Source: Candidatus Woesearchaeota archaeon (GTDB lineage Archaea; Nanobdellota; Nanobdellia; Pacearchaeales; GW2011-AR1). From it: 64,000 bases of DNA. Shown here one piece after another: positions 45,411 to 54,785 of the stretch. The notes beneath the pieces are model-generated. The model worked only from the letters and a program-made list of their open reading frames with translations. It did not search any database and was not told where the DNA came from. The stretch lies in NCBI GenBank assembly GCA_964566405.1, contig CAZMIN010000001.1, forward strand, positions 1,755 through 65,754, given 5' to 3'. Position numbers and translations under genes: made by a program. The stretch's first letter is position 1. The number at the start of each line of letters is the position of its first letter.

Positions 45411-46460
45411 CTATTTCTTAGTGATTAAATTTTCTAGAGTTTCCCTAAATTTTTCTAAATCTTCCATATTTATCTGTCCACCGACAGCATTTTCATGCCC
45501 TCCCCCACCTGCCCCTTCAAGCCCTTCAATAGATTTAGACAGCAATTTTAGCACATGCTCACCCCTCATAGAAATATTGATTTTTACTCCCTTAAGATAA
45601 GCCACCACGATTATTTTATCAGGAAACAGATACATTAATTCGTTAGCTATTCCTGCGCTTATACTGGTATCTCCCCCGTACTGGAAGAATAATAGTTCCT
45701 TTTTGTTTTTTCCGATAGCAATGGCTTTTTTCAAAAGTTTTTGTTCATAAGAACTAATCTGATTAAACCTGGAATGCATTGTAAAATTCTTATTCGTCTC
45801 TTCTAAAACCTCAAAAGGAGTTTTAACCTTCATCAAAAATTTCAACATATTTATCACATTAGTGGTTCTATCTTTTAAACCAGCCCCAAAAATTTTTGCT
45901 ATTTTTCCTATCTGGGATTTATAAAATATATCGTAAGGTTTTTTCGATTTTATAGTAAGCTCTGGATACTTTTTCTCAAAGTCTGGATAAAATTCAGGGA
46001 AAAATCCATCAGATATACACCCCACAACAGCAATCCAAACATCTTCTTTTTTGCCTGTTATCTGATAACAAAGGGCTGTGACGGGTTCGTTAGTTTTATG
46101 TTTGTTGAAGACAGGATTATAGTAATTAACAAAAGAAGGTACATCTTCCTTATCGATTTGGTGGTGGTCTATCCAAACCACAGGAACATTCACCTGATCA
46201 ATTTTTTCTAAAAAACCCCCTGAAACAACTGGTTTATCTAGGATAAAAACATAATCCGCATCCAGCTCTTTTATCCTCCTGAAATATTCAGGGATTAAAT
46301 CAGGAAAAGATTTTATCGGAATTCCCTTCCCCCTCCCAATATATCTCTGCAGCAAAAGAAAGGAACACAATCCATCCTGATCATTATCAAAAAAGAATAA
46401 AGGATTTTGAGCTTTATTCAGATGTTCTTTAATTTCTTCAACTTGTTTTTTAGTCAGCAT
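45411..46460 (-). CDS. DHH-DHHA1 phosphoesterase (NrnA/RecJ-like)
   Basis: DNDQDG (motif I), D at ~80, IDHHQ (DHH), and DHHA1 GGGH (GAGGGGHENAVGG). Confidence 0.75.
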   Translation of the reverse strand: MLTKKQVEEIKEHLNKAQNPLFFFDNDQDGLCSFLLLQRYIGRGKGIPIKSFPDLIPEYFRRIKELDADYVFILDKPVVSGGFLEKIDQVNVPVVWIDHHQIDKEDVPSFVNYYNPVFNKHKTNEPVTALCYQITGKKEDVWIAVVGCISDGFFPEFYPDFEKKYPELTIKSKKPYDIFYKSQIGKIAKIFGAGLKDRTTNVINMLKFLMKVKTPFEVLEETNKNFTMHSRFNQISSYEQKLLKKAIAIGKNKKELLFFQYGGDTSISAGIANELMYLFPDKIIVVAYLKGVKINISMRGEHVLKLLSKSIEGLEGAGGGGHENAVGGQINMEDLEKFRETLENLITKK

Positions 46461-46484
46461 CTTTTAAAATAAGAATAGAAGTAT

Positions 46485-47519
46485 TTAAGATTTCGCAAAA
46501 GTCTTAGCAACCAGAAAGGGGAAGAGAAGTATTGCATCCCCATAAACTTTAATTCTTTCAGCGCCAGGCAAAATTTTTCCCCACGACACGGCCTCCTCTG
46601 GCAAAGCCCCTGAATCACTTCCGTCAGCCTCCATAGAGTTATTTATATAAACCGCATAATCTGCCCCGTTGCGAAACATATTAGCATTGCAGACGTGGTG
46701 TTTGATTGGACCAGAACCCAAAATTATCATTCCTGTCTTCTTTTTCCCAAGAGTGCTATTGTTAATTCTAAAAATATCCTCTGCAACATCAACCTTAAAA
46801 TCTGGATTTTTTGATTTGAAAAAATAAATCATGTCTCCTAGGCTTCCATCTGTAATTGTAGGACAAAAAACAGGAATTTTGTTTTTCCAACACCAATAAT
46901 AAATAGATTTTTCATCATTAATTTCCTCCCCAAGTTTCCAAACCAGATCACTAGGTGTTACAACCTTCCCTGTCTGTTTCTGCTCCTCGTAAAGTTTTTC
47001 CAGAATTGGAATCATAAAATCCTCAAAATCACAATATCTTGAGTTTGGAATAAAGATATTCCCCGCCCTGTTTATTCCCTTCTCCCTTAATTTTTTTCCG
47101 TCTGCACGGAAATCCCCTAAGATAAAATCCCCCAAACATTTTATTATATCCTCTTCAATTCCTCCTGCAGTAGTTACCAAAACATTTACTTTTTTATGCT
47201 GAGCGAGCCACTTAAAAATATCCCTCATTCCAGAGGTTACCATATTTGAAGTATATGCAAGATAGATAAAAGCTTTTTCAGAAATCATTCTCTCAATGAT
47301 TTTGATGGCTTTAAAAAAATTATCAGCCTGCATCCCTGTAGTTTCAAAACTATCCAAAATTTTTTCATAATCAACACCCTGATTAAAATCATATCCTTTG
47401 ATAACAATTCCTTCTGCTTCTTCCGAGCGCCTTAAAATGTTTTCCCGCGCAATCTCTTCCTTTAACTTGGCCACGCTTGGACGAGTTTCTTTTTCTTCCA
47501 TGAGCATTTGTAAAAACAT
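46485..47519 (-). CDS. dys: Deoxyhypusine synthase
   Basis: Full-length match to the DHS fold, including the NAD-binding TSNMVTSG and TTAGGIEED regions. Confidence 0.85.
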   Translation of the reverse strand: MFLQMLMEEKETRPSVAKLKEEIARENILRRSEEAEGIVIKGYDFNQGVDYEKILDSFETTGMQADNFFKAIKIIERMISEKAFIYLAYTSNMVTSGMRDIFKWLAQHKKVNVLVTTAGGIEEDIIKCLGDFILGDFRADGKKLREKGINRAGNIFIPNSRYCDFEDFMIPILEKLYEEQKQTGKVVTPSDLVWKLGEEINDEKSIYYWCWKNKIPVFCPTITDGSLGDMIYFFKSKNPDFKVDVAEDIFRINNSTLGKKKTGMIILGSGPIKHHVCNANMFRNGADYAVYINNSMEADGSDSGALPEEAVSWGKILPGAERIKVYGDAILLFPFLVAKTFAKS

Positions 47520-47583
47520 GATTTTAAAAAAGTATGTGTTTCTTCAACATAATCTTTTTAAACAGAATCCAACTGGTAAAATT

Positions 47584-47799
47584 ATGAATAAATGGTTAGA
47601 ACTCTTGATAGGATTAATCTTGTTAATAGGAGTAATTTTAGTGGCTTGGTCTTCTTCGGCATACTCTTGGGTATTGTTTGGTAGAGATCTTAATTTCCTG
47701 CATGCGGCATGGATTCTTCTTAAGGGAGGGGTATTTTGGTTCATTACAATGATTGCCCTAATTCTTATTCTTCTGGGAATCAACGACCTTAGAGAATAA
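47584..47799 (+). CDS. Small membrane protein (2 TM), hypothetical
   Basis: 71 aa from the internal ATG of track ORF 47398..47799; two hydrophobic helices. Confidence 0.35.
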   Translation: MNKWLELLIGLILLIGVILVAWSSSAYSWVLFGRDLNFLHAAWILLKGGVFWFITMIALILILLGINDLRE

Positions 47800-47879
47800 A
47801 TTTCAATCTAAGAGACAGATAATTCTAAGTAGTTTATACTAGAATAAATTAAAAAAATAAAAAATAAAAATTCAAAAAG

Positions 47880-48011
47880 TTATTTAAGAAGTAATCCCAC
47901 TATTGCTGCTACTACTCCACCAACGACGTCCAGCCAAAAACCAGGCACCCAGTGACCAACTGCTGCAGCTAGACCAGCAATAACAATAACCCACTTCATC
48001 CAAGCTTCCAT
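47880..48011 (-). CDS. 43-aa hydrophobic peptide, DUF378/YuzA-like; below the ORF track cutoff
   Basis: MEAWMKWVIVIAGLAAAVGHWVPGFWLDVVGGVVAAIVGLLLK with a perfect GGAGGT RBS 5 nt upstream. Its codons are noticeably more GC-rich than the surroundings. Confidence 0.4.
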   Translation of the reverse strand: MEAWMKWVIVIAGLAAAVGHWVPGFWLDVVGGVVAAIVGLLLK

Positions 48012-48024
48012 ATTAACCTCCTTT

Positions 48025-48054
48025 TTTAATTTAATTTAATTTAATTTAATTTAA
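48025..48054. repeat. Pentanucleotide microsatellite (TTTAA)x6
   Basis: Six perfect tandem TTTAA units between the small peptide gene and the SpoIIM-like gene. Confidence 0.8.
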
Positions 48055-48096
48055 TAAAAATATTAGTAAAATATAGTATATAAAACTATCTCATAT

Positions 48097-48699
48097 TTAT
48101 CGAAATAAAAAAATAAAACTTCCTTCTATAATCGCTGCGATAATTAAAAGAGGTATAATCACAAACAAAAAAACCCTAAAGGATTCCCAAACATATCTTT
48201 GAAGAGATTTCAGTTTATTTTTTTGAAAGATAAACACCCCTAATCTAAGACCCAGACCAAGGGAAATGAAGAGCGCTGGAATCTCCAAAATTCCATGGGG
48301 AACCAACCTCCACAGAATTGAGATACCCTGACTCTGCACACTCTCTGCCGCAACAAAGCCCAAAAGATAACCATTAGCAACAACAGATATCAAAGGAAAA
48401 ATTCCCAGCAATATACCAAAAATCATTCCAAAAAAACTCCCTTGGATATTATTAAGAAATATGAATTTTATCAATTCTCCAGAGGACATTCCTTCTGTTT
48501 TTCTTAAAAGCTCCCCTATAAACTCCATGATATAGGCAGAGATGTTTTCAGGAACAGGAAAGAAAAATCCGAGTATAACAAAAAAGAAGAATAAAATTAT
48601 TATAGAATAGATAAAATGTCTCGATTCTTTTATATATTTCCAACTCTGAATATAGTTTTCTTTAAAAAAATTCTTTTTGTTTTTTTGTTTTTTCCTCAT
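48097..48699 (-). CDS. SpoIIM/DUF95-family membrane protein
   Basis: Five TM helices and a conserved central region (GSFFGMIFGILLGIFPLISVVANGYLLGFV). Confidence 0.55.
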   Translation of the reverse strand: MRKKQKNKKNFFKENYIQSWKYIKESRHFIYSIIILFFFFVILGFFFPVPENISAYIMEFIGELLRKTEGMSSGELIKFIFLNNIQGSFFGMIFGILLGIFPLISVVANGYLLGFVAAESVQSQGISILWRLVPHGILEIPALFISLGLGLRLGVFIFQKNKLKSLQRYVWESFRVFLFVIIPLLIIAAIIEGSFIFLFR

Positions 48700-48701
48700 T
48701 T

Positions 48702-49397
48702 TTATCTAAAATGCCTGCTTAACATCTGAATCTTTCGGGGGTATTTTTTTCTTAAATATAATCCATAAGCCAATCCTGTAAGAAGACCCCCTAAATGGGC
48801 TGTATTTCCTATTGGAACATTGCCTACCCGAGAAATCAACCAGAGAACAACCAGAATTCCTGGTGCAGCATATTTCATTTTTATAGGAATTGGAATAAAC
48901 ATTAAATAAACAGAAAGGTTTGGTGTTAATAACATCAATAAGCCAACAAGACCAAACAATGCCCCTGAAGCCCCGACTGCAAAAATGTTTGGGTCTCCAG
49001 AAAAGATTAAGGAAGAGAAAACAAAAAGTAATCCTGCGAGTAATCCAGATATTAGATAAAAAGAAAGGTATCTCTTAGCCCCTAATATTTTCTCTACTAG
49101 AGAACCTATGAAGAATAGGGAAAACATGTTCGCGAAAATATGAAAAAGTCCTCCGTGCATAAACATGCTCGTGATAAAAGTCCATAGATATTTTCCCTGG
49201 AGAATGTTGGTTGGTTTTAATGCTATATAATTATAAACAAGTTCCAAACCGGAAATATCAGAAATCCCTAAAAAGACAAGATAGATTCTGAACAAGACAA
49301 ACGCGGCCACATTTATAAGAATCAGTGTAAGTGTTACACTAAGATTTCCAAAAATACTTCTTTTTCTTCTAGAAGAAATCCTATAAACTCCAACCAT
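48702..49397 (-). CDS. Rhomboid-family intramembrane serine protease
   Basis: GASGALFGLVG (catalytic Ser in GxSG) and AHLGGLLTG (catalytic His); 6 TM. Confidence 0.8.
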   Translation of the reverse strand: MVGVYRISSRRKRSIFGNLSVTLTLILINVAAFVLFRIYLVFLGISDISGLELVYNYIALKPTNILQGKYLWTFITSMFMHGGLFHIFANMFSLFFIGSLVEKILGAKRYLSFYLISGLLAGLLFVFSSLIFSGDPNIFAVGASGALFGLVGLLMLLTPNLSVYLMFIPIPIKMKYAAPGILVVLWLISRVGNVPIGNTAHLGGLLTGLAYGLYLRKKYPRKIQMLSRHFR

Positions 49398-49403
49398 TAA
49401 AAA

Positions 49404-50240
49404 TCATCTCCTTTTTTTCTTTAGACCGGCCACGCTTGGACGGTTCTCTCTCCTTATTTTCTTTCTGAATATTTTTCTAATCTTCTTTTTTAACTTTATT
49501 TTTTTCTTTGATTTTTTCTTAACAGGCTTCTTCGATTTCTTTTTTATTTTTTTCTTTGATTTTTTCTTAACAGGCTTCTTCGATTTCTTTTTTATTTTTT
49601 TCTTAATAAGTTTCTTCTTTGGTATTAATTTCTTAGCTTTTTTCCTAGAGGCCCTCTTCTTTTTTGCAATTTTTTCTTCTTTCTTACGTTCCTTAGATTT
49701 CTTCTTCTCTATTTTTTCCTTCTCAATTTTTATTTCTATTTCCATCAATCCCAAATCTTTTTCTATTCTCTCCCGATGTTTCTTAAGATCCCTTATGAGC
49801 TTAGCATTATCTTTCATAGTGAAAACAGCCCCGCATTCATTACATGTAAAATTATAGAGAAGAGCATTTTCTTCATTAACTTCTATACTACATCTTTCAC
49901 ATATGTAAAATCTTTTAGTTTCCCTGCTCTTTATCTGATTCTGGAATTGCTCTTTTTTCTTAGTTAAATTCGCATTCAAAAATTCCAAAGATTTGAGAAC
50001 TTCTATCTTCCAAAAGTATGTATACCAGCCCTTTCTCTTATCTTTTTTTCTGATAGAAGATACTAAACCATGGTCGGATATTTTATAGAGTATGTTCCTT
50101 GTCTGATTTATTGTTATGTCTAATTTTTTTGCAAGAACAAATTCATTGATGTATTTTTTAGAGTCTAAAAGATCAACGATTTCCTCTGCATGTTTTCCAA
50201 CGACAATTGATATAACTTCCTTAAGAAATTTCTTTAGCAT
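49404..50240 (-). CDS. tfe: Transcription factor E alpha (TFE/TFIIE-alpha-like) with a long Lys-rich repeat tail
   Basis: N-terminal wH (AKKLDITINQTRNILYKISDHGLVS), a zinc ribbon (CERC...CNEC), then a ~100-aa K-rich tail containing a tandem 16-aa repeat. Confidence 0.65.
   Translation of the reverse strand: MLKKFLKEVISIVVGKHAEEIVDLLDSKKYINEFVLAKKLDITINQTRNILYKISDHGLVSSIRKKDKRKGWYTYFWKIEVLKSLEFLNANLTKKKEQFQNQIKSRETKRFYICERCSIEVNEENALLYNFTCNECGAVFTMKDNAKLIRDLKKHRERIEKDLGLMEIEIKIEKEKIEKKKSKERKKEEKIAKKKRASRKKAKKLIPKKKLIKKKIKKKSKKPVKKKSKKKIKKKSKKPVKKKSKKKIKLKKKIRKIFRKKIRRENRPSVAGLKKKRR
49503..49598. repeat. 48-bp tandem duplication (x2) inside the tfe tail, in frame
   Basis: 49503..49550 and 49551..49598 are identical; each encodes KKKIKKKSKKPVKKKS. 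Confidence 0.7.
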
Positions 50241-50416
50241 TCTAAGAGTAAAAAAAGTTCAAATAAATACCTTTCGGTTTAACTTGTTAGAACGATATGG
50301 GAAATTTTCCTATTTCTGTTTTTTTATCTTATTTCTCTTAAAAAAATAAAAGTTTTTAAACCTGTATTATATTTTATATATATCACAAAATCTATATCAA
50401 ATTAGTTAATTAAAAA

Positions 50417-51004
50417 ATGGGGTTATTCAAAAGAAAAGAAAAGAAAGTTGGAAAAAAAGAGGTTCCATCATTACCAGAACTTCCGCGTCTTCCTGATTTT
50501 CCTAGGCTAGAAGACCAAGACCCCAACCTAAAAAACTCCTTCTCCCAATTACCTCGTTTCCCGTCTAATTCCTTAGGAAAGAAATTCTCTCAAGCAAGCA
50601 TAAAAGATGCCGTAACTGGGGGAAAAGAAGGTGATAGGGGCTCTGAAATAGATGAATTTGAGATGCTAGGAAGAATGAAGGAGCCCCTTAAAAGATCTGT
50701 TAGAGAGCTGCCTTATGAAGATACGGAAGAGTATGATGAAGATGAAGAGTCTATGGAAATGTCTGAAGCAAGGATGACGAGGGGTGAGGCAGAACCTGTA
50801 TTTATAAGAATAGATAAATTTGAAGAAGGTTTGCGTATTTTTGAAGAAATCAAAAGAAAGATTACAGAGATAGAAAAAATTCTGGGTGAGACCAAAAGAA
50901 TAAAAGAAAAAGAAGAGAGAGAATTACAAGATTGGGAGAACGAGCTTCGAACAATAAAAAACCAAATAGAAAAAATAGACAGAGATATTTTTTCTAAGAT
51001 ATAA
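50417..51004 (+). CDS. Hypothetical protein: disordered, Pro-rich N-terminus and coiled-coil C-terminus
   Basis: 195 aa; no recognised domain. Confidence 0.4.
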   Translation: MGLFKRKEKKVGKKEVPSLPELPRLPDFPRLEDQDPNLKNSFSQLPRFPSNSLGKKFSQASIKDAVTGGKEGDRGSEIDEFEMLGRMKEPLKRSVRELPYEDTEEYDEDEESMEMSEARMTRGEAEPVFIRIDKFEEGLRIFEEIKRKITEIEKILGETKRIKEKEERELQDWENELRTIKNQIEKIDRDIFSKI

Positions 51005-51006
51005 AG

Positions 51007-51387
51007 ATGACCAGTGAACAATTAATACATTTAAAATTAGAGCGTGGTGAGGCCCTTCGATTGAAGAAGGATTTGCTTTCTACCCAGATGGGTTTATTAA
51101 AAACAGCCAGGACGCTAAGAGGTTATGGTTATTTCAGATCAGAAGAATTAAAATTAAAGACCGCCCTCTACAAAGAAATAAAAGATGTAAAATTTAACAT
51201 AGGAAAATTACAAAAAATTCTTCCAAAATTAAAAGTTCCAGAAATATTAAAAAGAAGAGAGGGAATAGAGACTGTTAAAACCGCCCAACCTCGAGAAGAG
51301 AAAGAAACATACAGAGGGGATGATCTTGAGATCCAACTCCAGGAAATCCAGAACAGACTCAACAATCTCCAAAGAGAAGGCAGCTGA
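51007..51387 (+). CDS. Hypothetical coiled-coil protein
   Basis: 126 aa; no recognised domain. Confidence 0.4.
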   Translation: MTSEQLIHLKLERGEALRLKKDLLSTQMGLLKTARTLRGYGYFRSEELKLKTALYKEIKDVKFNIGKLQKILPKLKVPEILKRREGIETVKTAQPREEKETYRGDDLEIQLQEIQNRLNNLQREGS

Positions 51388-51433
51388 TTCTATAAAGCAA
51401 ATAGTTTTTAAAATTCTATTTCCATTAAAGAGA

Positions 51434-53116
51434 ATGATAAACAGAAAAGAATTAATAAAAAAATATTTGGAGTTTTTCAAGGAAAAAAACCATAAAATAA
51501 TTCCTAATGTTTCGCTGATTCCCAAGAATGATCCCACAACATTATTTATCTCTGCAGGAATGCACCCGTTAGTACCATATCTACTAGGACAAAAACATCC
51601 TCTTGGAAAAAGACTCGCAAGCGTCCAGAAATGTATAAGAACAACAGATATCAACGAAGTCGGAGATACAACACATCATACTTTCTTTGAAATGCTTGGG
51701 AACTGGTCTCTAGGAGACTACTGGAAAAAAGAAGCAATAGAATATAGTCTAGAATTCTTAACAAAAACTTTAAAAATTCCAAAAGAAAAAATAGCTGTGA
51801 CCTGTTTTAAGGGAGATGTGAATGCTCCTAAAGATAATGAATCCGCGCAAATATGGAGATCTATAGGAGTAAATAAAATAAAATTCCTAGGGAAAGAAGA
51901 TAACTGGTGGGGGCCTGCAGGCAAGACAGGACCTTGCGGACCAGACACAGAAATTTTCATAAACAACATTGAAATTTGGAATAATGTCTTCATGCAGTAT
52001 AACAAAACAGAGAAGGGGGAATACGAACCATTGAAACAGAAAAATGTCGACACAGGGATGGGTGTTGAAAGAACAGTTGCAATTCTAAATGGTTTTCAGG
52101 ATAACTATTTAACAGAAATCTGGCAGCCAATGATAAAACAGATAGAAAAACTGTCTAAAAAGTCCTATAAAGGAAATGAAAAAGCAATGAGGGTAATCGC
52201 AGACCACATAAAAGCTTCTGTCTTTATAATTGCCGACGGTGTTGTTCCAAGTAATACACAGCAAGGATATGTTCTCCGAAGATTAATCCGAAGGGCTATT
52301 AAATATGGAAAAGATATCGGTATCACAAATATTTCAAAAATTGCAGAACCTGTCTTCAAAATCTATGATGACTATCTTGAATTAGGGAAGAGTAAGGGAA
52401 AAATCCTAGAAGAGCTTAAAAAAGAGGAAGAAAGATTTCGGACCACTATAGAAAAGGGTATGTCTAAACTTAATAAATTAATTTCAAGAAAGAAAAAATT
52501 ATCTGGAAAAGATGCTTTCCTGTTATATCAGAGTTATGGATTCCCCATAGAATTAACAGAAGAGATGGCTAAAGAAAAAAAGATAAAGATAGACAGAGAA
52601 AGTTTTGATAAAGAATCTGGAAAACACCAAAAACTTTCCAAAACCTCTGCGAAAGGAAAATTCTCTTCAGGACTCGCAGACAATTCAGAGCAGACTACAA
52701 AACTTCACACGGCAACCCATCTGTTGAATGAGGCTTTAAGAAAAATCCTCGACAAAAATATCAAACAAAAAGGTTCTAACATAACCCCTGAAAGACTAAG
52801 GTTTGATTTTAATTTTAATAGGAAACTCACAGATAAAGAGATAAAAAAAGTGGAGGATCTTGTTAACAAGAAAATTTCCGAAAAGATAAAAGTTACTTCC
52901 GAAGAAATGCCCCTAAAAAAAGCAATTAAAATAGCACAAGCAGAGTTCGGTGCAAGATATCCAGATACAGTCAGCGTCTATAGCATAGGAAATTTCTCAA
53001 AAGAAATTTGCACAGGACCTCACGTAAAAAACACCAGAGACATAGGAAAATTCAAAATAATCAAAGAAGAATCAAGCGCTGCAGGAGTCAGGAGAATCAA
53101 GGCTGTTGTAGAATAA
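51434..53116 (+). CDS. alaS: Alanyl-tRNA synthetase, bacterial-type catalytic plus editing domains, lacking the C-Ala domain (560 aa)
   Basis: From the Met in RMINRKEL: NDPTTLFISAGM, QKCIRTTDINEVGDTTHHTFFEMLGNWSLGDYWK, and editing-domain HTATHLL...CTGPHV. The track start at 51320 is upstream of the conserved N-terminus. Confidence 0.8.
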   Translation: MINRKELIKKYLEFFKEKNHKIIPNVSLIPKNDPTTLFISAGMHPLVPYLLGQKHPLGKRLASVQKCIRTTDINEVGDTTHHTFFEMLGNWSLGDYWKKEAIEYSLEFLTKTLKIPKEKIAVTCFKGDVNAPKDNESAQIWRSIGVNKIKFLGKEDNWWGPAGKTGPCGPDTEIFINNIEIWNNVFMQYNKTEKGEYEPLKQKNVDTGMGVERTVAILNGFQDNYLTEIWQPMIKQIEKLSKKSYKGNEKAMRVIADHIKASVFIIADGVVPSNTQQGYVLRRLIRRAIKYGKDIGITNISKIAEPVFKIYDDYLELGKSKGKILEELKKEEERFRTTIEKGMSKLNKLISRKKKLSGKDAFLLYQSYGFPIELTEEMAKEKKIKIDRESFDKESGKHQKLSKTSAKGKFSSGLADNSEQTTKLHTATHLLNEALRKILDKNIKQKGSNITPERLRFDFNFNRKLTDKEIKKVEDLVNKKISEKIKVTSEEMPLKKAIKIAQAEFGARYPDTVSVYSIGNFSKEICTGPHVKNTRDIGKFKIIKEESSAAGVRRIKAVVE

Positions 53117-53119
53117 AAT

Positions 53120-54196
53120 TTACGCAGAATGATATTCCTCAATCAAACCATATTTTTCTTTTAATCTATTTAACCTCAACTTCTTAAAGAGTAAAAAACC
53201 CCCCTTCCTGAGTTTTTTCATGGTTTTTGCATCACCATACTCATAAAGGTCTTTTCCAAGAGAAGCGCCTGTAGAAATTGGGATGACTTCCGGTTCAGAG
53301 TTAAGTTCAATCCCCCCCACATATTCTATGGAATCATCTGTAATTATAGCCGGGCCTGTTGTTTCGACAAAACAATAACCCGTCCCGCCAAGGCTCTGCT
53401 CTACAGGACATTCTATCCCTAGAGATTCATGATTTTCATCCGCATGGTAAAAAAAGGCAATACCATATCCCAAATCCCTCAACAAAAAAGCCAATAACTC
53501 AGATTTTTCTCCACAGATTCCTTTCACATCATAGAGAACCTCATAAGGGTATCTGGAATAATTCAGGGTTTTTCCACCACCTAGTTTAACCTCTTTTTCA
53601 GAAAAACCAAAAGGAATGTTCTGAACAAGACTTATGGCTATTCTTGCCTGGTCTTCTTCATCAGAAGTTAAATCCTGTATTTTTTTAACCAAAGGCAAAA
53701 GCAGTCCTCTCTGCTCTTCTTCGTCAATTTTTTTAAGTTTAAAATCAGCTCTAGAGGGAATTTCCCCGGTATCATGAAAGATAGATCTTGAAAGTCCGGA
53801 GAGATAATTAGCCATCCCCTCGTAAACAAGGAAATCAATCACCCCTTGCTCCCCATCCAAAATATAATTTAATTCAACAACCTTGGGGTCTGTCTGATAT
53901 TTGGAAACACAGTTTTCTCCTTGCTGAATCAAAACATCAGGACACCCACAAGAAGATGTTCTTAATTCAAGAACTCCCTCTAAACAAAAATAAGGTTTTG
54001 TTGAAGAACATGATCCATAAAGAGTTCCATCTCCACAAGAGGGCGTTTCCTCACCACCCTTAATCTTATTCAAAAATCCATTTCCAAAAATAAGAACTAA
54101 AATAAAGACAACGACAATTGTTAATATAACATACTTTATCTGAAAACCAGAACTGTCTCCAGACTTTAAAACCTCTTTTTTTTCTTCGACAGACAT
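53120..54196 (-). CDS. Membrane-anchored Cys-rich protein with a transglutaminase-like (papain-fold) core; tentative
   Basis: N-terminal TM, a Cys-rich module, and a GICGEKSELLAFLLRDLG Cys context followed by a His/Asp-containing region. Confidence 0.4.
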   Translation of the reverse strand: MSVEEKKEVLKSGDSSGFQIKYVILTIVVVFILVLIFGNGFLNKIKGGEETPSCGDGTLYGSCSSTKPYFCLEGVLELRTSSCGCPDVLIQQGENCVSKYQTDPKVVELNYILDGEQGVIDFLVYEGMANYLSGLSRSIFHDTGEIPSRADFKLKKIDEEEQRGLLLPLVKKIQDLTSDEEDQARIAISLVQNIPFGFSEKEVKLGGGKTLNYSRYPYEVLYDVKGICGEKSELLAFLLRDLGYGIAFFYHADENHESLGIECPVEQSLGGTGYCFVETTGPAIITDDSIEYVGGIELNSEPEVIPISTGASLGKDLYEYGDAKTMKKLRKGGFLLFKKLRLNRLKEKYGLIEEYHSA

Positions 54197-54235
54197 TGAA
54201 GAAAAATAGAAAATAAATTATAAAAAACTATCTAC

Positions 54236-54733
54236 TTATGAGGCTTTTAATCTTTCGTCCATTCCCATATTATTTTCAAAATACATAAGCCATGCTTCAT
54301 CTGGTTCTATTCCCACCCTTCTGACTGCCAAATCAAGTCTTCCCTTAAGTATCAAGGTATAAGTTTCACTGTCTATTCTTCTTTCATTCATTGCTTCAAT
54401 CAATTCAGAAGCCACATCATGGGCCCCAAAAGGCCTATCAAGAGAATACCTTTCCTCGGCTTCCACTAATATTTTTGTTGCAGGATCGTCTCCATTAACA
54501 ATCCAAGCTCCTTCATTTTCTCCTTCCTCTACTTGGTAAGCGGCTTGTGGTAGATTTCCAACAGTAATCATACCATCGGAAGGTTCAGAAACATATTTTC
54601 TCATGCTCCTAAGATGATTAGCAAAAGAAATTTTATCTCTGAGATTTCCTTTTTGAGTTTTAGAAGTATCAACTAATCTGTTTAGTTCATTTTCCTTTCT
54701 GACTATATAATCTCCAATTTGTTCCATATTCAA
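54236..54733 (-). CDS. Hypothetical protein
   Basis: 165 aa; no recognised domain. Confidence 0.4.
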   Translation of the reverse strand: MNMEQIGDYIVRKENELNRLVDTSKTQKGNLRDKISFANHLRSMRKYVSEPSDGMITVGNLPQAAYQVEEGENEGAWIVNGDDPATKILVEAEERYSLDRPFGAHDVASELIEAMNERRIDSETYTLILKGRLDLAVRRVGIEPDEAWLMYFENNMGMDERLKAS

Positions 54734-54785
54734 CCTTTGAGATTAGGGTTTATAAAAGCTCTCTTCCAGAAGAATCACTACCTGA

